Below are positions 21,204-31,056 of a DNA stretch of 64,000 nucleotides, piece by piece; within the stretch, counting starts at the first letter, position 1, and every line of letters begins with the position of its first letter. The notes under the pieces were generated by a model. That model had not been told where the DNA came from. It saw nothing but the letters and a program-made list of their open reading frames with translations, and did no database searches. A program made the position numbers and the translations under genes. Origin of the DNA: a virus; IMG/VR virus record IMGVR_UViG_3300009164_005114, positions 1-64,000 of that record; one strand, 5' to 3'.

Positions 21204-23060
21204 TTAATATGAGACAACACCTTGACCTTTATTTGATTTTGTGTCAGATAAACTTAAAACATATTGTTTAAATTGGTCACTGTTAAAAATCGCATTTAAT
21301 TGTTGTTGTGTTAGTGTAGTTCCTGGCGGGGTATCTATAGTAATTTTAAACTCACCAAACTCAATTTTACTTGTTGTAGTTTTACTTTCAGTATTTGTTA
21401 AACTAGCATTTCGACTTACAGTTCTTTCCCCTAAAACATCTGTAAGAGATATTGGTTTTTGTGTTGTGGCGGCTGATTTTGATTTAACCGCACTAGCTGC
21501 GGAAGTTGTTGGTCTTCCTACCGCAGTTAAAAGTTCTTCAGAATATTTTTTGAATTCTTTTTCAATAGTACTTGAACCAGTAACACCTTGGTTAGTTTTT
21601 TGAAGAATATCTTTAAGTGCTTCCATACCTTTATTACCCATACCACTCGCAGTATTTGTAATACCTTCCTCAATTGCTTTAACTTTTTTAGATAAATCCT
21701 CATTACTTAACTTACCTGAAGTATTCGCAACATATAAATCTCTCATTTCTTTAATAGCGTCATTAACTTTTTCTGTTATTACCGCGCTACCAGGAACAGT
21801 TGTATCAACCGCTTTACTAAGTGACCTTGTAATTCTATCTGCTCCTAATAAATTACCTCTAATCGCAGAAGACCCCGCAACACCATAAGTTGCTTTGGCG
21901 ACATTACCCTCAATTGCTCGTTGGATGTTTTTTAATACATCTAATTGACTTGTTTGAATTTCTTCTAAAGTTTTGGGAGCATTAGCCTGTTGTTCCCTTA
22001 ACTTTTCCATTTCGTCCTGAGTAATATCACCTAATTTTTTGGTTTCAACTTTACCAGTTTCATCGTCTTTAAGTTGTACAACATACTCACCATCTTTCAT
22101 TGTTGCCATATTGGCGAAGAATTGTTTATCTTCTTCGTCTTTAAATTTCAATGAAGGATTAATGGCCGAAACTCTTTTATCTAAATCTGCAGCAGCTAAA
22201 GCTGATTTTGTAAGTTGTTCATAAGAGATACCCGTCTCTTTAGACATTTCTCTTAATGTTAATACACCTTGTGGATTTATTTTAAACGATTTGCTTTTTT
22301 CGTCAAATTCAGTAAATTGTTTTGTGGCTTTGATTAAACTGTCTTGTAATGCACCTGGGTCGTTAATTGCATCATTCATTAAGGCAAACGGGTCACCTAA
22401 TTGTCCAACAGCTAATCCTAATCTTTGGAATGATGCCGCCATGTTAATAGCACCTTCAGGGTCTATAACTTTATTAGCAAATTCAGCGGTAGTTTTCATG
22501 TCAAATCTTAACATTGAAGCTTGAGCCGCCATTTTAGTTAACCCCTGAACACCATCGTTAAAGTTAAATCTATTCATTAACTCCATGTTATTAGCAACAT
22601 CGGTCATTACAGTTCTAGCATTCAAACCAATACTTTGAACATATTCAATAGATTTTTCTAAATTTGGTCCAATTTGAGATGTTTCATACCCAACTTTTGA
22701 AAAAGAATCAACCAATTCTTTAGCCCCAACACCTAATACTGTAGACGCGGCATATAATTTACTAACTTGGTCTTCAGTTGCAATAACATTTCGTCTCGAA
22801 CCTTCGGCAATTTTTGCCATAGTGTTTGAAACATCATTAATATCTCCACCTAATCTAATAACTCCTGCGGCCGCTCTAGAAACCGCATCGTTCATTTCAT
22901 CTAATCTGGTTCTACCCTGAACAAAAGAATTATTTAGTTTATCGGCCTGTTGGTACATGTTACCGATAGAGTCTAATATTTTTTCAATAGGTGACCCTAA
23001 ACTATCAACGGTTTCTTTAAGTTCTTTAGCACTACCTTCGTCTTTTGGATTTCCTGCCAT
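21204..23060 (-). CDS. Tail tape measure protein
   Basis: Helical Ala/Gln/Lys-rich 618 aa, directly after tube and chaperone genes. Confidence 0.7.
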   Translation of the reverse strand: MAGNPKDEGSAKELKETVDSLGSPIEKILDSIGNMYQQADKLNNSFVQGRTRLDEMNDAVSRAAAGVIRLGGDINDVSNTMAKIAEGSRRNVIATEDQVSKLYAASTVLGVGAKELVDSFSKVGYETSQIGPNLEKSIEYVQSIGLNARTVMTDVANNMELMNRFNFNDGVQGLTKMAAQASMLRFDMKTTAEFANKVIDPEGAINMAASFQRLGLAVGQLGDPFALMNDAINDPGALQDSLIKATKQFTEFDEKSKSFKINPQGVLTLREMSKETGISYEQLTKSALAAADLDKRVSAINPSLKFKDEEDKQFFANMATMKDGEYVVQLKDDETGKVETKKLGDITQDEMEKLREQQANAPKTLEEIQTSQLDVLKNIQRAIEGNVAKATYGVAGSSAIRGNLLGADRITRSLSKAVDTTVPGSAVITEKVNDAIKEMRDLYVANTSGKLSNEDLSKKVKAIEEGITNTASGMGNKGMEALKDILQKTNQGVTGSSTIEKEFKKYSEELLTAVGRPTTSAASAVKSKSAATTQKPISLTDVLGERTVSRNASLTNTESKTTTSKIEFGEFKITIDTPPGTTLTQQQLNAIFNSDQFKQYVLSLSDTKSNKGQGVVSY

Positions 23061-23105
23061 GATATTAATTGGTTATGTATATAAATAGAAGAAGGACCAA
23101 AAATT

Positions 23106-23264
23106 TTAGTCCTTCTTATTATCTTCGAGCCATTTGTCCAATAAATATTTTCTAACAAATATTGGCATTCGCTCAAAATCTTGATATGTAATTTTCATTA
23201 AAGTATTCAGATAGTAAAACTCATCTATCTGATTTTTTCTATAATCAGAAGAAAGGGCGAAAAA
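23106..23264 (-). CDS. Probable frameshift extension of the tail assembly chaperone (GT-like / gp51-like)
   Basis: Open +1 frame from the TTTTTTC site: FFALSSDYRKNQIDEFYYLNTLMKITYQDFERMPIFVRKYLLDKWLEDNKKD*. Confidence 0.6.
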   Translation of the reverse strand, partial: FFALSSDYRKNQIDEFYYLNTLMKITYQDFERMPIFVRKYLLDKWLEDNKKD

Positions 23265-23988
23265 AGTCGACCCCAAAACCAACATTCACTGTTAGTCTTT
23301 CTCCTGACGGGGCCATTATAATTTTAGTCATATCCAATCTTGGTTCGTTCTCATTCATAAAATTTTTAATGAACTTTGAATCGGCAATTGGCATTGACTC
23401 GATGAATTTTGCAATAACTGCTTTATCGGTTGAACCGTCAATCTCAATGATTTCTTTTTGTAATCTCCAAGTAACTCTTGGAACAACTCTGCCTTGGGGG
23501 TATGTTTCTGCTAATCTACCAATCTCCATAATTTCACCATAATTTAAAGGTTTAATTTTAATTGTTGATTGTGATTTTGGTAAAAGAATTGTAAAACTAC
23601 CGTCTTCATTTGGTTGTTGTCCGTTAATGATAGATAGTTCATCCAACCTAACATTTGTTTGAAATACTTTTTTAGTTGATGGGTCTGTAAGATTTAATGT
23701 CATCTCAGGACCAAATGCCGTGTTTCTTAAAAATATTAAGATTGCCTCAACATCACCTTCAATTAGGTCTTCAACCCTAACATCTGGTTCGTAAATTTTT
23801 GCTCTTAATAAAGTCATTGTTAAATCATTAGTTCCACCCATCAAAATGTTTTCATCTGATGCGGTAAGATAACCAACTTTTAATGATTTCTTTTTGTTTT
23901 TGTAGAAAATACCTTGAGAAGGTAATGGTACCACATCGTGTGGTAGTGTAAAATTTTGTTGACCGTAGTCGATTGTTTGATTATCCAT
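23245..23988 (-). CDS. Tail assembly chaperone / T4 gp26-like baseplate hub assembly protein
   Basis: VPLPSQG.FY, LTASDENIL, GDVEAILIFLR, ends GVDFFRPFF; lies between tube and tape measure. Confidence 0.75.
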   Translation of the reverse strand: MDNQTIDYGQQNFTLPHDVVPLPSQGIFYKNKKKSLKVGYLTASDENILMGGTNDLTMTLLRAKIYEPDVRVEDLIEGDVEAILIFLRNTAFGPEMTLNLTDPSTKKVFQTNVRLDELSIINGQQPNEDGSFTILLPKSQSTIKIKPLNYGEIMEIGRLAETYPQGRVVPRVTWRLQKEIIEIDGSTDKAVIAKFIESMPIADSKFIKNFMNENEPRLDMTKIIMAPSGERLTVNVGFGVDFFRPFF

Positions 23989-23998
23989 ATAAAAAAAT

Positions 23999-24027
23999 TA
24001 ACCGTAAAGTTTAGTGCTTTACGGTTA
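23999..24027 (-). terminator. Hairpin after tail tube gene (terminator/attenuator)
   Basis: TAACCGTAAAG-N7-CTTTACGGTTA followed by a T-run on the minus strand. Confidence 0.65.
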
Positions 24028-24060
24028 AATATAATTGATTGTAAAATTTTGTAAATAAGA

Positions 24061-24549
24061 TTAGTAAACTAGTACACATCTATCCATTCTCAATGTCGCA
24101 GTAATAGACGCTAAAGCATCTGTTTTGTAGTCTAACGCATTGAAGTTAACGTCTGTTAAGAATGTTCCGTAAAGAATCCATTTCTCAACAACAACACCTG
24201 TTGGGTCCAACATTTCAAGGTCGATGTCTTTTTTGTAACCCGCAGCATAACCCATACGACCTGTCACTGATTCAGCATGTAGACGAACCCACTCCATAAG
24301 AGCTTGAGCCGCTGAAGGTCCAATTGGGTCTCTAAACGTTACGTTAATTGTTTGCCAGTTAAATCTACCAGCAACGAAAGTTGAAGTGTTTAAGAACGGT
24401 ATCTCAACTGGTGCAATTTGAATATGAGGTCTTGATGTAGATTCTACAAACCACTCGTTAATACCCAAACTTGACGGAAACCTTAAGATGAAACGGTTTT
24501 GGCGTTTCGGTTCGTAAGGTATCGGCATTTTCATTAATAAATCAGCCAT
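24061..24549 (-). CDS. Tail tube protein (T4 gp19-like)
   Basis: EPKRQNRFIL, AGRFNWQTINVTFRD, YKKDIDLEMLDPTG...W.L.G.F. Confidence 0.88.
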   Translation of the reverse strand: MADLLMKMPIPYEPKRQNRFILRFPSSLGINEWFVESTSRPHIQIAPVEIPFLNTSTFVAGRFNWQTINVTFRDPIGPSAAQALMEWVRLHAESVTGRMGYAAGYKKDIDLEMLDPTGVVVEKWILYGTFLTDVNFNALDYKTDALASITATLRMDRCVLVY

Positions 24550-24644
24550 GTTATTTTAATTTTTTTGTTTCTTTAGTTTATATCTATAAATATAGTCTTG
24601 TTAAAAAATTTTTCTCTTTACTTTTAATTTGGACGGATTATAAT

Positions 24645-25475
24645 CTAATTATATTCCTTTTTAACGCCTCCAGCAGTAGAATAAGTCTTAACTATATTAT
24701 CTGGTTTATCTTTAAAATGTTTACTCATTACTTCAACATTTCTAATATCATCATCTGAAAATCCAATACTAGGTTGCTCTGGTACAAAATTATTTGACAC
24801 ATCGTTTTTAATATATGCCTTCTTATTAAGAACTGAAGCCATCGCCTTTATATAAGATACAAATTCTTCCATTGCACGAACTTTTGCTTCTTCGGGATTG
24901 GCAGCACCTGTTTCATCTCCAAAAGACACAGGGTGAAACTTACAAAGTTCCAAGTACGACTTAATTAATTCATCGTCACTCATGTCCCCTTCATCCGTAA
25001 ATGTTCTATATTTTTTAAGGTTCTTAATTAATTTGTCTTTATCTATACCATGAAATCCATCAATAATGTAATTGTAAACAGCTTGTTTTAATGTGTTTGG
25101 GTTGTGACCTCTTGCGGTAATAATTGAAAAAATTGAACCGTTATTGATTGCCTCTCTAAAATCACTAAACGCTGGACCAAGTTTTGCTCTCATGGTATCT
25201 ACTAAAAAATCTTTGTCACCTGCGGTTCTAAAATTTCTAAATGGGTCTTCAGCGAATCCTAAAATGGTATTACCCTTATAATCAAAAGGTTCTTTACCTA
25301 TTTGACTTCTATATTCCGCAAAGTCATCAGTACTCATACCAACTTCATCACCACTTTCAGTTTTTAATACTATCTTTGTTGGCATATGAACAATGTTGTC
25401 ATCCCAATCAAATGCATAATATTTCATATCGGGTGTACCCTCACCTTTAAAACCTTCTTTAAGTTGTCTTTTCAT
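24645..25475 (-). CDS. HAD-superfamily phosphatase/nucleotidase-like protein
   Basis: AFDWDDN (DxD), IITARGH, K, GFSDDD motifs I-IV. Confidence 0.65.
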   Translation of the reverse strand: MKRQLKEGFKGEGTPDMKYYAFDWDDNIVHMPTKIVLKTESGDEVGMSTDDFAEYRSQIGKEPFDYKGNTILGFAEDPFRNFRTAGDKDFLVDTMRAKLGPAFSDFREAINNGSIFSIITARGHNPNTLKQAVYNYIIDGFHGIDKDKLIKNLKKYRTFTDEGDMSDDELIKSYLELCKFHPVSFGDETGAANPEEAKVRAMEEFVSYIKAMASVLNKKAYIKNDVSNNFVPEQPSIGFSDDDIRNVEVMSKHFKDKPDNIVKTYSTAGGVKKEYN

Positions 25476-25488
25476 ACTTTGGCATTTA

Positions 25489-25509
25489 GGGGGTACTTAA
25501 TGTACCCCC
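25489..25509 (-). terminator. GC-rich hairpin after the sheath gene
   Basis: GGGGGTAC-N5-GTACCCCC; weak U tract. Confidence 0.5.
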
Positions 25510-25518
25510 ATGAATTTA

Positions 25519-28500
25519 TTATATATTTTCAAACGAAGCTCCTGTTGGAGTAATGAAGAATTCAATATCAATAAACTCCAAAGCTTTCGTAGGTTTTAGG
25601 TAGATTTTACCTGTTAAAGTGTTTCTATCTAAATCTTCAGGTGAAGAAGATACTGTTACACGGAAATCGTATAAACCTCTGTCTCTTCTAATTGAATCTA
25701 AGATAGGGTTAACACTATCCAAGAATTGTTGTCTAACAACTTGGTCGTTTTGTTCAAACAATAATCTTACCGCCACTGCTGAAATCAATTTACGAGCTTG
25801 TAGTAATAATCTTCTTACGTTTAATCTGTTAAGTGCTGTGTCAGCAACTTGTAGAGTTTTATTACCCCAAATTACAGTTCCAACATCAGAGAAAGTTGCG
25901 ATAGGGTTAATTCTACCTTGATACAATGTATCTCTATCAGTTTGTGTAAGTTTTTGTCTAGCTTTGATTGAGTTTACAAGACCTCTTGTGTAACCCGCTG
26001 ATGCAAACCAAGGGAATGAAATGTTATCTGTCAACGCTAAGTTTCTACAAACCTCACCTGTTGGTGGTAAATAAATTTGAGTATTGTTAACTGTATCTCT
26101 TGTTAAAATCCAAGGATAATAAGTTGCGGTATAGTTAGAGTCAATTCCTGTGTTATCTAAGTTATCAACCGCTTCTTGTGAGTAGATGATATCTTGTGGG
26201 TTGGTTGAATCTGGTGTATACATATTATAGTCAGGAGTTGTTGCGATATAAACCGAGTCAGCTCTTGAATATTGTACCATATCTATTGCTTCTTCTACTA
26301 AGTTTGAGTTATTAACATAATCAATACTTGAAGTTGCAAACACGTTAATGTTAGTTGCTTCAGGATTTGCAAATGTTAAGATACCAAGTAAGTAAGCGTA
26401 ATAGTCAGTGTTTGCGAAATCTTGAGTATTATTTTGAACCACAATTCTTTTGAATATACCGTCACCTGTTGCGGTTGGATATCTTGAAGAAGGGTATGCT
26501 CCTGATAAATAACCTGAAGAACCTAATTGGAATCTATCTTGGTTAGTTCTAAACTCTCTGTAAATATCCCATCCATCAAATCCACCTGCAAAACACACTG
26601 TGTATTTTCTTGAATAAATAAAGTAATAAGGATTTTCTTGAGTTTGCGGGTCAAATCTAAAGTCAGCAGTTCCACATTCAAATGCCGTTTGTCCACTTGT
26701 CATTGAAGTTCTTGCGATTGTTACAACTGTAGCACCTGAGTCCATATGGAAACCTCTACTCAAATAATTCCATTTAACTGATTCTGTAGCTAATTCCCAC
26801 CCAACAATTGGGTTTTGTTTACCTTTGTATGTTAGTAATGACTCATCAACACCATATTGTGTTGAGAATCCTAAATATGTTTTTCTAACAATATCTCCCC
26901 CTGATTCAACTGTTCCTCCTCCAACGGCAGAACCGAATGGTGGATTTGCAATAACCTCTCCAGGGTAATCATATTTAGTTTTAAATTTAGGGAATGGTGA
27001 TGGATATACATTAGCGTCTTCATATTCTCTTTGTGTGTAACCGTAGAAACCACAAGGTAATGAGTCTATTGGATATTCATTTGCCATTTCAACCATTATA
27101 TATTTTGAAATTAATGCGAACTCACCGTTAGACGAACCAATCTTTTTAGCAATAAAGTTATTTGTACCTGGGTCCATATTACAATTTGTAAATTTCTCAA
27201 TTACAATTGGATTAGAATCAGTGTCAAAGAAATTTCTAACTAATACATCAAAAGACATATTATTAAACGATAAATTAGCAATTGAAACTTTAACTTCGGT
27301 ATTTGCTGCATCACCATCAGAAATTGATATGAATTTAAACAAATCATATACTTTATTACCTCTTAATTCTGAAACTAAGAAAGGTGTTTCAGGTGATTGA
27401 TATTTTTCTAAATTCCATGCAATTGATGAACTTGATTGACTTCTTGCGTCTGGTAGTGCAATTAAATCACAATTTAATCCACGAACATAACCTTGACTAT
27501 AACCATAATTCAAACTTCCTTGATAAATTTCTTCAACATAAATTGGAACTTGGAATCTTGATTTACCAAAATTATCAACACCCAATACTTTAGTTATATA
27601 TTTTGCAGATGATGCTAATAATGAAGTCTCAAATGAGAATGTGTTATTATCTTTAGTTACACCTGAAAGTAAGAAAGATGCATATGGAGATTGAGTTATA
27701 CCCGAATATTGACCTGTACAAACAAGTTGTAAGTTATTAGGTACCCATGTATTGTTATTATTGTAATCAATACCTACTTCATAAACAGGACCATGGTCAA
27801 CACTATCAGCACTGTTTGCGTAAAGTGAGATACCTCTTGAACGAATAGTACCTACAACCATATTATTATATTCAGAGTAAGCAGTACCTGTAAATTGGTA
27901 AGTCATACCTGTAATAGTACCTGTAAATTCTGTAGATGTTGCACCAGTTGCTAAAGTACCTACAGTGTAGTAGAATGAATATCCTGTATAAGCATTTCCT
28001 GAAGAAATGTCAAAGTTTGCATAATACCATGGGTCGTTTGATGACGAAGTTAAATCATTCTGAGCTAAATTGTTTTCACACTTATATGGGTCTTTAATAA
28101 CATTATAAGTGTTTGTTAAACCGTAGTAATCGCTTTCAGGAATTGCACCGTACATAACAACAGTTGTTGCTGAAAGGTTAGGGCTATCCATAATACCGTC
28201 TAAAATAGAATTAAAGTCACTTTGTAATGTTGATGTAGAACCATCAGACAATCTATATTGTACATTTAAATTTGCTTGAACCTCAACAGGAAGTTGAGAA
28301 AGGTTTGTAAATGTAACAGTATTCCCTGTAGAATTACCTGTAAACGTTGCAGTAAAAGGTGCACTACTTGTGTTTATTGCAATTGTTGTAGGGTCAACAT
28401 TGGCAATTAACGAAAGACTCCAAGATGGACCCGCGTCATAACCTGATAGACCTAAAACTCTTGTAACAAACAATTGGTTAGATTGTTGTAGATATGACTT

Positions 28501-28752
28501 AGCGATGTAAGCAGCCTCATACTTTGGTATCTGAGTGTTATAAAACTTAACGGGTTCTGTTCCCCCGAAATAAGCTTGAAACTCATCATAGTTTGTTATG
28601 AATACTGGTTCGAATGCTGGTCCTTTTATAGTTTCTCCAACAAGACCTAAAGTTGTTACACCCACACTTTGGGCTACGAATGATAAGTCGGTTTCGGATG
28701 TGTATACGCCTGGTGATACGAATACTTTTTGATTTGCTTGTGCTGTTGCCAT
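25519..28752 (-). CDS. Contractile tail sheath protein (large, 1077 aa)
   Basis: FVSPGVYTSETD, PWFASAGYTRG, LYQGRINPI, WGNKTL, RLNVRRLL, KPTKALEFI. Confidence 0.95.
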   Translation of the reverse strand: MATAQANQKVFVSPGVYTSETDLSFVAQSVGVTTLGLVGETIKGPAFEPVFITNYDEFQAYFGGTEPVKFYNTQIPKYEAAYIAKSYLQQSNQLFVTRVLGLSGYDAGPSWSLSLIANVDPTTIAINTSSAPFTATFTGNSTGNTVTFTNLSQLPVEVQANLNVQYRLSDGSTSTLQSDFNSILDGIMDSPNLSATTVVMYGAIPESDYYGLTNTYNVIKDPYKCENNLAQNDLTSSSNDPWYYANFDISSGNAYTGYSFYYTVGTLATGATSTEFTGTITGMTYQFTGTAYSEYNNMVVGTIRSRGISLYANSADSVDHGPVYEVGIDYNNNNTWVPNNLQLVCTGQYSGITQSPYASFLLSGVTKDNNTFSFETSLLASSAKYITKVLGVDNFGKSRFQVPIYVEEIYQGSLNYGYSQGYVRGLNCDLIALPDARSQSSSSIAWNLEKYQSPETPFLVSELRGNKVYDLFKFISISDGDAANTEVKVSIANLSFNNMSFDVLVRNFFDTDSNPIVIEKFTNCNMDPGTNNFIAKKIGSSNGEFALISKYIMVEMANEYPIDSLPCGFYGYTQREYEDANVYPSPFPKFKTKYDYPGEVIANPPFGSAVGGGTVESGGDIVRKTYLGFSTQYGVDESLLTYKGKQNPIVGWELATESVKWNYLSRGFHMDSGATVVTIARTSMTSGQTAFECGTADFRFDPQTQENPYYFIYSRKYTVCFAGGFDGWDIYREFRTNQDRFQLGSSGYLSGAYPSSRYPTATGDGIFKRIVVQNNTQDFANTDYYAYLLGILTFANPEATNINVFATSSIDYVNNSNLVEEAIDMVQYSRADSVYIATTPDYNMYTPDSTNPQDIIYSQEAVDNLDNTGIDSNYTATYYPWILTRDTVNNTQIYLPPTGEVCRNLALTDNISFPWFASAGYTRGLVNSIKARQKLTQTDRDTLYQGRINPIATFSDVGTVIWGNKTLQVADTALNRLNVRRLLLQARKLISAVAVRLLFEQNDQVVRQQFLDSVNPILDSIRRDRGLYDFRVTVSSSPEDLDRNTLTGKIYLKPTKALEFIDIEFFITPTGASFENI

Positions 28753-28872
28753 TATTAAATTATTCTGTTACAGATTTATTTTATAGATAAATATTCAACA
28801 TAAGTTGAAAAAACTTTACTTTTCAATAACTATTTATAAACGGTATGAATTAATTCTGCCTTTTTTCTGCCT

Positions 28873-29034
28873 ATGAAAACTAATAAGGAAATCAAGAATA
28901 TTAAAATATCACCTGAATCACACGAGATATTGAAAAAATACTGTGATAAGAGGGGAATAAAGATTTATAAATTTTTAGAAAATTTAATTATTGAGAAGTG
29001 CAAAGAGAAGAAAGATATATACGGTGAAGATTAA
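28873..29034 (+). CDS. 53-aa ribbon-helix-helix (CopG/Arc-like) DNA-binding protein
   Basis: Not in the ORF track; MKTNKEIKNIKISPESHEILKKYCDKRGIKIYKFLENLIIEKCKEKKDIYGED* has a beta-helix-G-helix pattern. Confidence 0.7.
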   Translation: MKTNKEIKNIKISPESHEILKKYCDKRGIKIYKFLENLIIEKCKEKKDIYGED

Positions 29035-30074
29035 ACGAGCTTGTTATTGTACAATATTGTTGAATCCTGTGTATCGTCTATTTTTGTAACTTCAACTCTA
29101 AGTCTATCGTTTGTTGTTATTTCAATATTTTGAAGGTCACTACCATAGTAATCACCGTTAATGTATATGTCAAAAGTATCTACATTACCAGTTGAAACTA
29201 AATTCATATTGGCAGTGAAATCAATAAAATCATTTAACATAGTATTACCCGAAACAAATAAAAAATTCATCTCAAATTCATCAGGGTTTTCAGGATATTT
29301 TTTTCTTTTTTGTTTTTTTGTTGAGGTGTCGATTTCCATAAGTTGTGTTACTCTTGCAATTGCAGGTTTAACTTCAAACTCTTCTTCGTCAATAAGATAT
29401 CCCAACATTGTGAAATCATAATTTTGAATATAATATTTTCTTGACTCAATTGTCATTTGAGATTCATCTGAAACATTATCCAAAATAATTGGAACATATT
29501 GTCCTTTAATAAATGTGTAGGCTTGTCTTGACGCGAATGTTTGCATAACCACTTTATTAAGTTGGTTAAGTTCTCTCATTCTATTACAAATAATTTTAAC
29601 ACTATATTTGATATCAACAGGGACAGGTTGTGGAATTGTATAAATGTCCATACCTTGTTCATTACCATTCCATGTTGGTACCGAAGCGTAATAAAATTGC
29701 TTTCTGTTTGGAATGTTATAAATTAAAGCAGGGTTTGAACCGTATTTTACTTCAGGATTTCTAACCACTGTAATAAATGGTGGGGATGGATTATTATCCA
29801 TATCCGTGAATAATGCGGTTTCAGTATATTGAGTCCAATTTTGAGTTGTAATGATAATATCCAACATAGGAACAATTTTTCCCGATGTTGTTACTTGTAA
29901 TTCATCTTTAACAAAATTCAACATACCTTTATCTAAATCGGCATGTAATACTGACTTAGGTAAATAAGTTCCATCTTCTTTAATATACTCTAAAAGTTGT
30001 TCTCTTCTTTCAGATAAAACTTTTTTTGGTACTAAAGGTAATGTTGGTTTAACTATGTTTCTTGGTAACGGCAT
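29031..30074 (-). CDS. Tail completion / terminator-like structural protein
   Basis: IPQPVPVDIKYSVKI motif and position upstream of the sheath gene. Confidence 0.55.
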   Translation of the reverse strand: MPLPRNIVKPTLPLVPKKVLSERREQLLEYIKEDGTYLPKSVLHADLDKGMLNFVKDELQVTTSGKIVPMLDIIITTQNWTQYTETALFTDMDNNPSPPFITVVRNPEVKYGSNPALIYNIPNRKQFYYASVPTWNGNEQGMDIYTIPQPVPVDIKYSVKIICNRMRELNQLNKVVMQTFASRQAYTFIKGQYVPIILDNVSDESQMTIESRKYYIQNYDFTMLGYLIDEEEFEVKPAIARVTQLMEIDTSTKKQKRKKYPENPDEFEMNFLFVSGNTMLNDFIDFTANMNLVSTGNVDTFDIYINGDYYGSDLQNIEITTNDRLRVEVTKIDDTQDSTILYNNKLV

Positions 30075-30078
30075 TTTA

Positions 30079-30489
30079 TTATTTTACAACAAATATTTTA
30101 TTTTGCGAATTTATCATATCAACTTCATTTGCATGATAAACAGGTTCTTCACTGTCTTTATAAACAAACGAATCAAATTTATATGGATTATATGTAACAA
30201 CTTTATCAGAAGTTGAGGTTGGTAAATCGTCACATGGATATTCACAATAATCTAATAATTTTCCAATTACAAATGCGTGAACATTCTTTGATTTTTCAGA
30301 ACGAACTTTTTCTTTACCACCTTTTCTAACTCTAAACTCAACATCTCCTAATTTAACATAGTCAGCATGCATAATTACTTTACTATCATAGGTGACCGAA
30401 AAAGTATGTTTGTGTAAATTATAATACACCATAACTTTCTTACCCAAAAATAAATTATCAAACTGAGATTCAGTTATTACTACTTTCAT
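30079..30489 (-). CDS. Conserved phage hypothetical protein
   Basis: VYYNLHK, KNVHAFVIG, YNPYK pattern typical of a phage family; N-terminus MKVVITESQ. Confidence 0.7.
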   Translation of the reverse strand: MKVVITESQFDNLFLGKKVMVYYNLHKHTFSVTYDSKVIMHADYVKLGDVEFRVRKGGKEKVRSEKSKNVHAFVIGKLLDYCEYPCDDLPTSTSDKVVTYNPYKFDSFVYKDSEEPVYHANEVDMINSQNKIFVVK

Positions 30490-31001
30490 TATAATCCTCT
30501 AAATTCGTTTTCGCTTACATATGTTGCGGTTATTGTTCTATAGAACGGTTTGTATCCACCATAAGTATGTTTATTGTCTGACTTAACAAGTCCATCATCA
30601 ATAACCGTATAATATCTAATTCGGTCTTCAGTTTCATAATATCCAAAGTAATCACCCATAAGGATATTAACTTGCATATCATCAAGAGTTTTTTGGTAAA
30701 TTGAAAATTTCATATTACCTGGCTCATCTTGTTTAACTTTAGAATTACCAAGTAATTTGTTAGTTGGAGCCATGATTTGAACATAACCGTTCAATTCTAT
30801 AGGTGCCATGAATTGTATTCCATCTTCTAAAACTTCACCATACACATCATCAGTTTTTGTGCGATATCTATCAACACGGTATAACACAACCGTGAAATTC
30901 ATATCACCCACTAACCACTCTTCACCCATACCAATATCTAATACAAAATCCTCCTCACCGAAGAATTTGCCTAACCTTGTAATTGGAACTAATTTTTGCA
31001 T
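30489..31001 (-). CDS. Head closure / neck protein (gp14-like)
   Basis: DDVYGE, GDYFGY; neck-module position. Confidence 0.55.
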   Translation of the reverse strand: MQKLVPITRLGKFFGEEDFVLDIGMGEEWLVGDMNFTVVLYRVDRYRTKTDDVYGEVLEDGIQFMAPIELNGYVQIMAPTNKLLGNSKVKQDEPGNMKFSIYQKTLDDMQVNILMGDYFGYYETEDRIRYYTVIDDGLVKSDNKHTYGGYKPFYRTITATYVSENEFRGL

Positions 31002-31004
31002 ATA

Positions 31005-31035
31005 TTGATAAATACTTTATTTTTACTTATATTTA
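31005..31035 (+). promoter_or_regulatory. Host-type promoter for SNF2 helicase, overlapping a divergent TATTTAT motif
   Basis: TTGATA-N17-TATATTTA. Confidence 0.5.
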
Positions 31036-31056
31036 AGACAAACTTTTATTAAAAGA

